DNA of 64,000 bases. Source: Candidatus Sabulitectum sp. (lineage in GTDB: Bacteria > Fermentibacterota > Fermentibacteria > Fermentibacterales > JCC-6). The stretch covers positions 6,161-70,160 of the forward strand of contig JAIOSV010000109.1 of NCBI GenBank assembly GCA_021107435.1, in the 5' to 3' direction. Made by a program: the position numbers and the translations under genes. Below are positions 1-8,216 of the stretch, piece after piece; the first letter of the stretch is position 1, and every line of letters starts with the position of its first letter. The notes below the pieces were generated by a model, which did not search any database, was not told where the DNA came from, and saw only the letters and a list, made by a program, of their open reading frames with translations.

Positions 1-1382
1 TGAGAGTATCTAATGACTTCCTCTGTGGTAACATTAATTCTGAGTTTGGGTTGTCCGGGGCTCATTAATACCGGGAAATCCTGACCTGTACGATCCACAG
101 CCCTTGTGCCCAGCCCAGCGACCAGTCTGACTATTCCGTCTTCCGATTTTATTCTTGGAGACCAGCGGTAGTCATTCCTGCTGAAAGCCACGCCGGCGAA
201 GGGTGGGAAGTAGTACTTTCCGATTTTTGTTCCCACAACTTCCTGGATAAGAATGCCCATTTCCTCGTTGAAGTCAAGTAACCCTCTTTCACGCCTGTAT
301 TCAATAGGGTCAGGGCCGAATATGCTTGCGTATATCTCCAGAACAGCGTCAACCAGCGCGTCAAGTCGCTGCTGTCTGGACCCCTGATTGGCAACGAAAA
401 GGCTTTTGTACTTTCCGGCGAAAGCTGCGCCTGTGCTATCCTCAAGAAGACTTGAGGAACGGACAATGATCGGTGTTGTACCGAAATAATCCAGCGCGTG
501 CTCCAGTCCTGCCAGAACAGAGTAGGGCATAACCGAGTGTTTGAACACCTGTTCAAGAAGGTGGTATTCCTGCCTAATCTCATCCTGGCGGGCATACTTG
601 ATAGCCATCATCTCTTCCAGAGCGTTGTGACTGATGAATTCCAGCACGGAATCAGATGAAATAAACCATGTTTTGGGAATCTTCAGGTTTCTCAGCACAG
701 TGTGGGATTTTTTGTGTGTATTGAGAATCTTTTCCGCTCTGAAAAGGCCCGCTGCCTTTCCTCCGACTTTACCGTTGCCGTTAAAGGGACCAATAGTATG
801 GTTGATAACATTCACAAAATCACAGATACTCACATGTTTTCTGATGGTATTTATGTAATTGAGATCATCGGTGAAGATTCTTCTTGTGAGACCCACAATA
901 ATATTTTCTCTGTCACGGGCTTCCATTTTTTTATTGCGTTGCGGCAGCATCTCGTACTTCTCCAGCGCTTCTCTCAACTGGCCAAGTGGAACATCGCGCC
1001 GGCCGGCGGTTACAGATAAAAAACGGATTTTTTCATGACGAAGCCACCGGTGAAGAGCCAGTGTAATTTCTTCAGGAGAAAGAACCTCCTCGGCTACGCG
1101 GAATACCTGAGTGGTTATTTCCTCCAGGACTTTGTAGTCCATTCTGGGTGCAGGCTGGTTCTCTCCGTATAAATCACCGGTTTCAATTGCGTCTGCCTGT
1201 CTTGGAAGCAATTCCTCCATAATTTCCGAAATTTTAACTACTTTTCTTCTGAAAAGGTAGTTCAACATCTTTCTACTCAGGCGACCCAGCAGCTCAGAAT
1301 CCGTTTCACTCAGCAGTCTGAGAATTATCTTCCATTCCGGCGTACCGGCAGCAGTGACATTTTGGCGATCCAGTGGAGTCAT
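1..1382 (-). CDS. PEP/pyruvate-binding (PPDK N-terminal-like) domain protein, 3' end truncated by the window edge
   Basis: I translated this minus-strand frame by hand. It begins with ATG at 1380-1382 (MTPLDRQNVTAAGTPEWKIILRLLSE...), has a GAGAGG SD-like site upstream, and runs off the window start with no stop, which is why it is missing from the ORF track. The GGKAAGL motif followed by KIPKTWFISSDSVLEFI matches the PPDK_N/PEP synthase nucleotide-binding domain. The listed ORFs 149..595(-), 634..858(+) and 702..1019(+) are shadow frames inside this gene. Confidence 0.5.
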   Translation of the reverse strand, partial: MTPLDRQNVTAAGTPEWKIILRLLSETDSELLGRLSRKMLNYLFRRKVVKISEIMEELLPRQADAIETGDLYGENQPAPRMDYKVLEEITTQVFRVAEEVLSPEEITLALHRWLRHEKIRFLSVTAGRRDVPLGQLREALEKYEMLPQRNKKMEARDRENIIVGLTRRIFTDDLNYINTIRKHVSICDFVNVINHTIGPFNGNGKVGGKAAGLFRAEKILNTHKKSHTVLRNLKIPKTWFISSDSVLEFISHNALEEMMAIKYARQDEIRQEYHLLEQVFKHSVMPYSVLAGLEHALDYFGTTPIIVRSSSLLEDSTGAAFAGKYKSLFVANQGSRQQRLDALVDAVLEIYASIFGPDPIEYRRERGLLDFNEEMGILIQEVVGTKIGKYYFPPFAGVAFSRNDYRWSPRIKSEDGIVRLVAGLGTRAVDRTGQDFPVLMSPGQPKLRINVTTEEVIRYS

Positions 1383-1451
1383 AGGAATTACCTCTCTAGA
1401 AATAGCATTCTTTATTTGCGCAGAACAGGATGATACTAATTCCCCGGAACA

Positions 1452-1495
1452 GAAAAAAAAAGACCGGGGCAAAAATACCCCGGTCTCTTTTCTTA
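1452..1495 (-). terminator. Rho-independent terminator downstream of gdhA (usable in both directions)
   Basis: Hairpin GACCGGGG-caaaaata-CCCCGGTC at 1463-1486. An A9 run sits on its left, giving a U-run on the minus strand, and TCTTTTCTT sits on its right. Confidence 0.55.
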
Positions 1496-1500
1496 TTAAA

Positions 1501-2784
1501 CTACACGAGGCCTCGAAGCCTGGCAGCGTTGGCCACTCTGTCGATGGCGATCATGTAGGCCGCATCACGCATATAGACTGACTGGCCCTCGGCGAGGTCA
1601 GCGACAGCGTGGAATGCGGTTGTCATCTTGGTATCGAGCTTGGAGAGAACCTCGTCCTTCTCCCAGTAGTAGTTCATGTTGTTCTGAACCTGCTCGAAGT
1701 AGGAGCATGTGACTCCGCCTGCGTTGCAGAGGAAATCAGGAATGGTGAAGATGCCTTTCTCGCTGAGAACCGCATCGGCTTCAGGGGTTGTGGGTCCGTT
1801 GGCGCCTTCAGCGATAACCTTGACTCTTGAGTGGATCTTGCTCACGGTGTCGGCGTTGATCTGGTTCTCAAGGGCTCCTGGAAGAAGAACATCTGCCTCT
1901 GTCTCGATCCAGGCGTCGCCGGGAAGCTGTTCATAGCCGGCTGCAATAGCCTTTTCTGCATTGAGTGTGCCGAATCTGTCTGTGATGCTCAGAACGAACT
2001 CAAGATCAATGCCGTCCATCTTGCGATAGGTATAGGCTTTCATATCCTTCTGATCCCAGCAGGAGATACAGAGAACCTTTCCTCCGTACTGAGTAAAGAG
2101 GTCAGCGGCATACTGAACAACATTGCCGAATCCCTGGCAGGCCATTGTCGCGCCCTTGATGTCAATATCAAGGCGCTTGAGAGCTTCTCTTACCGTGTAG
2201 ATGGCGCCGTATCCTGTGGCCTCGGTTCTTCCCAGTGAACCGCCGCTGCCTACAGGCTTTCCTGTGATAACGCCGGGGTACTTGCCGCCTGTGAGTGCTT
2301 CGTATTCGTCCATCATCCAGAGCATGTGCTGGGGAGTTGTCATTACATCCGGGGCGGGAATGTCCTGTACGGGCCCTATGTTTCTCCAGACATTGCGGAT
2401 CCAGCCACGGCAGATGTATTCCTGCTCGCGCATGGATAGTTCGTGAGGATCACAGATAACGCCGCCCTTACCGCCGCCAAGCGGAATATCAACAACAGCG
2501 CATTTCCAGGTCATCCATGTGGCCAGAGCTTTTACTGTACTGATGGTCTCATCAGGGTGAAAGCGGATGCCGCCCTTGCATGGGCCGCGCACATCACTGT
2601 GCTGTACCCTGAAGCCGCGGAACACCTGAACTGATCCGTCATCCATGTGAACTGGAATTGTAAAGTGGTACTCTCTCATAGGTTCGCGGAGAAACGCTCT
2701 TACACCCGGATCAAGGTCGAGTGTTTCAGCTACCTGATCGAACTGATCCTGTGCCATTTTGAACGCATCGAAACCTTTGGACAT
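1501..2784 (-). CDS. gdhA: NAD(P)-dependent glutamate dehydrogenase
   Basis: 427 aa carrying the Glu/Leu/Phe/Val dehydrogenase signatures KGGIRFHP and IPLGGGKGG. Full length with an MSKGFDAFKMAQDQ N-terminus. Confidence 0.95.
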   Translation of the reverse strand: MSKGFDAFKMAQDQFDQVAETLDLDPGVRAFLREPMREYHFTIPVHMDDGSVQVFRGFRVQHSDVRGPCKGGIRFHPDETISTVKALATWMTWKCAVVDIPLGGGKGGVICDPHELSMREQEYICRGWIRNVWRNIGPVQDIPAPDVMTTPQHMLWMMDEYEALTGGKYPGVITGKPVGSGGSLGRTEATGYGAIYTVREALKRLDIDIKGATMACQGFGNVVQYAADLFTQYGGKVLCISCWDQKDMKAYTYRKMDGIDLEFVLSITDRFGTLNAEKAIAAGYEQLPGDAWIETEADVLLPGALENQINADTVSKIHSRVKVIAEGANGPTTPEADAVLSEKGIFTIPDFLCNAGGVTCSYFEQVQNNMNYYWEKDEVLSKLDTKMTTAFHAVADLAEGQSVYMRDAAYMIAIDRVANAARLRGLV

Positions 2785-3117
2785 TTCTGAACCTCCTACC
2801 GGCAGAATGCCGGTAAAAATAAGAAGGCAATGCTTCTTAGCTGTTAATATAGCCGGCAGAGTTACGCCGGTACGGTAATATATGCCGGTGATGCCGGAGG
2901 GGACAAATACAAAACAAAGGCTGATTCGGTTGTGGATTCACGTATTTGCGGGGATTGATTAAAGGGTGAGATGACAACGTGATAGGGCTGTTATATAGTC
3001 CAAGCAAAAAAAGCCATAATGAATGAATGAATTACATACAAGAGACTTCAGAAAGACCCTTGACTGCCGATCCGGATTGCTGTACACTTGCGATAGTGCA
3101 AACTATCACTAATCGAA

Positions 3118-3768
3118 ATGGAGACTCAATTGATTGCAGCAAAGGTTTCAGAGAAATCCATTAGAAGGTTAAGCCATTATGCCCGTTGCCTCCGTCTTGC
3201 CAAAATCAGGGGTGAATTTATAATGACTTCACAGCAACTGGCAGCAACCTGCGGCATCTCATCTGCCGCGGTTCGCAGAGATTTGTCCATTTACGGAGAA
3301 TTCGGCAAGCAGGGATCAGGTTACAAAGTCAATGATTTGCTGGCCAACATTGAAAACATTCTCGGCACTACGAACCCACCTTCAGTGATAATCATTGGAG
3401 CTGGAAGCATCGGCTGTGCTCTGATGATTTCCGGTCTGGACGGAACAGGCGGTTATGCCTACGAAGCGGTATTTGACAACGATCCGGCAAAGATCGGCAG
3501 GCAGTGCGGAGAAAAGCAGATAAGATCGATTGAGGAAATTCCTGGCATAATAAAAGAAAAGAAGGAAGTCATCGCGGTTATCGCTGTGTCACGCGGAGCC
3601 GGTCAGAGCGCCTTGAACACGCTTGTTGACGCTGGTTGCAAAGCTGTTCTGAGCTTTACCCTTGAACCGTTGAAAACACCTGAGGATGTAGAAGTCAGAT
3701 ATGTTGAAGTGTCCACGGAATTTGATGTTCTTACTCATTCAATGAGAAGGAAGGAGCGTGGCGACTGA
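3118..3768 (+). CDS. rex: Redox-sensing transcriptional repressor Rex
   Basis: 216 aa. The N-terminal winged helix (SIRRLSHYARCLR, matching the Rex RLPLYYR region) is followed by a Rossmann CoA/NAD-binding domain (VIIIGAGSIGCAL). It aligns well to Bacillus Rex over its whole length, and it sits divergent from gdhA. Confidence 0.85.
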   Translation: METQLIAAKVSEKSIRRLSHYARCLRLAKIRGEFIMTSQQLAATCGISSAAVRRDLSIYGEFGKQGSGYKVNDLLANIENILGTTNPPSVIIIGAGSIGCALMISGLDGTGGYAYEAVFDNDPAKIGRQCGEKQIRSIEEIPGIIKEKKEVIAVIAVSRGAGQSALNTLVDAGCKAVLSFTLEPLKTPEDVEVRYVEVSTEFDVLTHSMRRKERGD

Positions 3769-3827
3769 TGAACAATTTCGCAAAATGATATCAGTGAAAG
3801 AGATTGGCTTACGGCAGGAATGGCCAG

Positions 3828-6038
3828 TTACAGCAGTTTGCCGGAGAACTCGCTCGCGTTTCTTACAAAAACAACCGACTTCAGACCTTCTGAAAGTTCT
3901 ATGAGTTTATTGCTGTATTCATGTTCATGTCCACTTTCCGGTATCATCAATCCCATGAAGGTGATATCTGTATGCCCGCTGTGATTTCTAATAACTTCTG
4001 CTATGGTTGTTCTGGTATTGTTTACAATAACTTCTACTTCAGCCTTGATTCTTACAGAGCTTATTGTCGCAGAAAGGCACTGTTCCAGTTTGGTTTTACT
4101 GGCATCATCTTTCACAATTGATCTAAGCACTATTCTCGCTTCTCTCCACATTGGGTTCATGCGCAGCAGATGGGCCAGAAGAAGCATCAGGTCTCCGTTA
4201 TTCTCCATACCGCCCCACCAGATATCTATCTGCCTGTAGAAGCCCCGATCCTTCAAATTCTTCAATTTTGTAATTATCGTACTTCTGCCTATGGTGGATA
4301 TTGTACGCATTATCATGAGCATCAGATCAAGCTGGACATCGTCACTGGGCCATCCGAACATCACTGTGTTTGAACGGAGATGCCCCACGCCGTTTATCTG
4401 AGCCACATCAATTGCGCCCTGAATGAAATCAGGTGAGACATTCACTTTGCAGAAAGCTGAAAGATCATGGTCAGAAAGGACTTTTCTCATGGAAGATTCC
4501 ATCTTTCCAATATCAAGGTTTTCTCTACTGAGCCATCCTTCCAGTATCCTGCAGACATTTACAACACCCATCTTCTGGTTGAAGCAGGTTGCCAGATAAA
4601 CCATATCAATCTCTTTGTGAATTTCTTCTGTGAAAACTGTAATATTAGGTCGCCAGTTTCTGGGATCTATGCTGTGTCCTTCAAGTTTGATCAGGGCATG
4701 TCTTGTCAGGGCGAACCAGAATCCTGCTCTTACATCACCCCATCGTTTACCAAGAGATTTCCTGCGAAGTATGATGTAGATAATCACTTCAATAATTATT
4801 GCTGCTAAACAGGCAAAAGGATTAAGCAGAAGCATCACAAATATTGCACCCGTAGACCCCAGTATTGATACATACCATGGAACATTTATGGTGGGTCTGT
4901 ATGAAGGATCACGTACCAGCTTTTCTATTGCAGCGCTGAAATTTATAACAACATAGAGGGAAAGAAAGAGTATGGTTACAAATTGTGCTACAGCATTCAG
5001 AGAACCCAGAAGAACTGCGGTAAGAGCGATAGTCCCTGTTATCCAGGTGGCTATTGCCGGTTGACCATTTCTTGAAAGACGGGAAAAACCCCTCGGGGCA
5101 AGACCGTCTTCAGAGAGAGCCTGCAGAACTCTTGGGCCGGCAAGAATACTGCCGAAAGCCGATGATAAAATTGCTCCCCACATACCTGCAAAGACAAGAA
5201 CACTTCCCAGGAAAGCCGTTGTGGTCCAGGCGTTCACTCCCGGCCTTGCAAGCTCTTCAAAACTTACAGAGTTGGTGATTGAAAAAACGATGGGAATAAG
5301 AACATAGATTATTGCTCCAGTCAGGACTGCAAGAAGTGTACCTCTTGGGATACTTTCACTGGAGTCTTTCAGATCTCCGCTCATTCCGATACCTGCAGTG
5401 AATCCTGTTACTGCGGGGAAGAAGATTGCGAAGACGTACCAGAATCCCTGGGGTGCGGTTCTGTAGCTGGCGACCATTTCCGGTGCCCTGAAACCGGTGG
5501 AAACCGCGCCGAAGATCAGTGCTGCAATGGATAGGGCAACTGCAATCATAATCGGAATCTGCATCTTCAGAGCCAGAGAAGCACTTTTTCCGGAGAGAAC
5601 TGTAACGATGATAATGATACTGGCGGCTATAGCCGGTACACCGTAGGCAGGAAGTGATCCACCCCCATTTGTGAGCATCAGTGAAACTCCCTCTGCCAGT
5701 CCAAAACTGTAGAAGGTCAGGCTTAAGGTACGGCAGAGGTAGAGCGGGATGCCTATTGCACCTCCAAATTCAAGCCCAAGACTGTGGGAGATCATGTAGT
5801 ATTCACCGCCTACACCAATCCGGATGTTTGTGGCTATAGCAGAAGCACTCAGCCCGGTGATGAATGTTATGGAACTTGCTATCAATACGATCAGGATGGT
5901 CTGGGGCAGACCAAGGTTGCCAACTACCCATCCGATTCTGAGGTAAAGAACAAGACCAAGAATGGTCAGGATACTTGGTGTGAAAACACCAAGGAAAGTT
6001 CCAAATTTTGGAGCTGTATTCCTTTCTGAAGTACTCAA
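3828..6038 (-). CDS. APC-superfamily transporter of the cation-chloride cotransporter (SLC12/CCC-like) family with a large C-terminal cytoplasmic domain
   Basis: 736 aa. The N-terminus GTFLGVFTPSILTILGLVLYLRIGWVVGNLG matches the SLC12 signature (GTxMGVxxP...ILFLRLxWxVG). About 12 TM helices are followed by a soluble tail of roughly 300 aa. Translation appears to start at TTG, with an AGGAG site 5 nt upstream. Confidence 0.7.
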   Translation of the reverse strand: MSTSERNTAPKFGTFLGVFTPSILTILGLVLYLRIGWVVGNLGLPQTILIVLIASSITFITGLSASAIATNIRIGVGGEYYMISHSLGLEFGGAIGIPLYLCRTLSLTFYSFGLAEGVSLMLTNGGGSLPAYGVPAIAASIIIIVTVLSGKSASLALKMQIPIMIAVALSIAALIFGAVSTGFRAPEMVASYRTAPQGFWYVFAIFFPAVTGFTAGIGMSGDLKDSSESIPRGTLLAVLTGAIIYVLIPIVFSITNSVSFEELARPGVNAWTTTAFLGSVLVFAGMWGAILSSAFGSILAGPRVLQALSEDGLAPRGFSRLSRNGQPAIATWITGTIALTAVLLGSLNAVAQFVTILFLSLYVVINFSAAIEKLVRDPSYRPTINVPWYVSILGSTGAIFVMLLLNPFACLAAIIIEVIIYIILRRKSLGKRWGDVRAGFWFALTRHALIKLEGHSIDPRNWRPNITVFTEEIHKEIDMVYLATCFNQKMGVVNVCRILEGWLSRENLDIGKMESSMRKVLSDHDLSAFCKVNVSPDFIQGAIDVAQINGVGHLRSNTVMFGWPSDDVQLDLMLMIMRTISTIGRSTIITKLKNLKDRGFYRQIDIWWGGMENNGDLMLLLAHLLRMNPMWREARIVLRSIVKDDASKTKLEQCLSATISSVRIKAEVEVIVNNTRTTIAEVIRNHSGHTDITFMGLMIPESGHEHEYSNKLIELSEGLKSVVFVRNASEFSGKLL

Positions 6039-6066
6039 CTAAACTCCTTTAAGGATACCGGATAGG

Positions 6067-6813
6067 TTAGCCATTCTCAACCTTTCCTACTGGAGCAAGG
6101 TAAACTACAAATTCATCATTTCCATCCAGCTTCAACAGCTCATCCACTTTTTCCTGAGAGTATGCGGCGATAGCCACAGTACCCAGGCCTAAAGATTCAG
6201 CGGCCAGATACAGATTCTGGCACACATGACCTGCGTCAAGAAGCATAGCCTTGTGTGATTCGCCTTTGTATCGCCACTCTCCCAGGTAAGGCTTACAGGC
6301 CCAGAGGAAGACAACCGGAGCATCTCCTGTAAAGCTTTGACCAACTGCAGCTGCTGTAAGCTTTTCCTGCAGATCTGTTACAGGAAAGAGGGAAACAAGA
6401 TTGTGATTCAGCGCTGAGTACCTGTAAACACCGGGCTTTAATCCGGCTATATTGTTTACAGCCAGGTATGTTTCAAAGGGATGACGGGCTCCAGCGGATG
6501 GGACAATTCTAAGAGTTACTCTTCCTGTGTTTCTGTATGCAGAGATTGTTTTCTTCACTCCCTGCGTTGCCCAGAGCATGTAGGATAATTCCTTGAGTGA
6601 AAGAGATTTACCGGTGTATTTTCTTCTGCTCTTTCGTCCGAGAATGCATCTGCTGATACCGGGCTCTGTCAGCGTTGCAGTATCCGGTTCAGGAAGGGCA
6701 ATTACCTCGGCACCCGCAGGTGATTCTATTTCAATTTGGGGTGGCTCTACTCCGCGGGTTTGATCCGAATCTTCCTCTGCGAAGGCACTTGAATCGAAAT
6801 GGGATTTCATCAT
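6067..6813 (-). CDS. SagB-type dehydrogenase / nitroreductase-family protein
   Basis: The RIVPSAGARHP and LSLKELSYMLWATQGV motifs are typical of SagB/ThcOx-type nitroreductase-fold proteins. I placed the start at MMKSH (6811-6813) because the 61 upstream codons of ORF 6067..6996 read as non-protein-like sequence and would overlap the start of the divergent gene at 6965. Confidence 0.7.
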   Translation of the reverse strand: MMKSHFDSSAFAEEDSDQTRGVEPPQIEIESPAGAEVIALPEPDTATLTEPGISRCILGRKSRRKYTGKSLSLKELSYMLWATQGVKKTISAYRNTGRVTLRIVPSAGARHPFETYLAVNNIAGLKPGVYRYSALNHNLVSLFPVTDLQEKLTAAAVGQSFTGDAPVVFLWACKPYLGEWRYKGESHKAMLLDAGHVCQNLYLAAESLGLGTVAIAAYSQEKVDELLKLDGNDEFVVYLAPVGKVENG

Positions 6814-6964
6814 TTCTCTGTTTTTAATCCATTCTCTCACAACTCCTCCTTTGTTGCTGGAATATGGGAGACTTCTTGAACTGAATGCAAACGGTGGGAA
6901 TTTGGAATGTTGAGTGAAAGGAATTAGTATAAAGCGATACGACATTGGACGGACAGGAGGATTT

Positions 6965-7397
6965 ATGAGTACGCCGGAAAAAGATACCCTCCACATGCTT
7001 GCAATCTTTCACTATGTCATTGCAGGTCTTACTGCTCTCTTTGCCTGTATACCTTTGATGCACCTGACAATGGGGATATCAATGACTATGGCGAGAGGTG
7101 GAGATGCTTCTTCCTGGATAATCGGGGGTGTTGTATTAATCGTAATTGCCTGCCTGGCAATCCTGACCGGCTGGGCTGCGGCTTATCTGGTATTTTCCGC
7201 GGGAAAGAACCTGGACAGGCAGACGAATTATCAGCTCTGCACTGTGGGAGCCTGCGTACTCTGCATTTTTTTTGCCACTTGGGACAATTCTGGGAATTTT
7301 TACTCTTATATCTCTTAACGAGGATTCGGTGAAAGCCTTGTTCAACAGGAATAAAATTGAAACCTCCAATGAACTGCCAATGGATTCCAGACCGTAG
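6965..7397 (+). pseudogene. Small 4-TM membrane protein, paralog A, with a +1 frameshift in a T8 homopolymer (7266-7273)
   Basis: MSTPEKDTLHMLAIFHYVIAGL... is about 60% identical to paralog B. After CIF the frame produces FATWDNSGNFYSYIS* and stops. Removing one T restores CIFLPLGTILGIFTLISLNEDSVKALFNRNKIETSNELPMDSRP*, which is collinear with paralog B. A GGAGGA SD lies before ATG 6965. Confidence 0.6.
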
Positions 7398-7481
7398 AAC
7401 GAGTTTTTTCCTGATTCCTCAAAAAGCATTGACACTTATTACCTGACAGGATACCAGTTGCACAATCGGACAGGAGAACTT

Positions 7482-7922
7482 ATGAGCACCAAAGAAAAGG
7501 ATACACTTCATATTCTTTCGATCTTCCACTTCATTATGGCCGGGATTATTGCTCTTATAGCATGCGTACCCCTGATTCATCTTGCAATGGGTATTACCAT
7601 GACAGTTGGTGGAGTCACCGAGAATGTGCCTGTGCTTGGTGTAGTGGGTGCCGCTTTCTCCGCTGTTGCCGGTTTGATAATCCTGATTGGCTGGGGGCTT
7701 GCAGTTCTTGTTTTCCTTGCGGGAAAGAATCTGGATCAGCAGACAAAATACCAGGTCTGCCTGTTCGGAGCCGGTGTTCTGTGCATATTTCTGCCCATGG
7801 GCACAATTCTGGGAGTTTTTACCCTGGTTACTCTTCAGGATGATTCTGTGAAAGCTCTCTTCAACCGCAATGAACCTGAAGCTTCCGGTGAACTGCCAAT
7901 GGACTCCAGACCAACTGATTAA
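7482..7922 (+). CDS. Small 4-TM membrane protein, paralog B (intact)
   Basis: MSTKEKDTLHILSIFHFIMAGIIALIACVPLIHLAMGITM..., with an AGGAGA SD before ATG 7482. It is a tandem paralog of 6965..7397. I do not recognise the family. Confidence 0.65.
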   Translation: MSTKEKDTLHILSIFHFIMAGIIALIACVPLIHLAMGITMTVGGVTENVPVLGVVGAAFSAVAGLIILIGWGLAVLVFLAGKNLDQQTKYQVCLFGAGVLCIFLPMGTILGVFTLVTLQDDSVKALFNRNEPEASGELPMDSRPTD

Positions 7923-8216
7923 GTAATATCAGTGCAGTCATCAGCAAGAAAAGCCGGTTGTTTACGAGCAAGGATTTTTCTGTGTTTCTGCTGAGTTTTT
8001 TTCATCAGCAGGACAGCTTATTGATCAGCAATCGTGCATATTGCCAACATGTCTTCGAGAATTGCATGACAACATCACAAGTGCAGAAAATGCAAATTAC
8101 TTCTGACACTTACTAAATCCTCAAGAAGGATACCACTACTTTGCTTCTCTGCCCTGACCTGTTAGAATATTTTCAGAAAACCGCCAGCTACTTCAATATA
8201 GTTTGGAATATGGATC

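Noticed and set aside
149-1019. ORFs 149..595(-), 634..858(+) and 702..1019(+) at the window start
   Set aside because: They are shadow frames inside the long, edge-truncated minus-strand gene (PPDK-N-like) that I reconstructed by hand. Their translations are Arg/Trp-rich and not protein-like.
6814-6996. The 61-codon N-terminal extension of the SagB-type ORF as given by the track (start at 6996)
   Set aside because: The extension reads as low-complexity non-protein sequence, overlaps the divergent paralog-A start at 6965, and is not needed for the conserved domain. The start at MMKSH is preferred.
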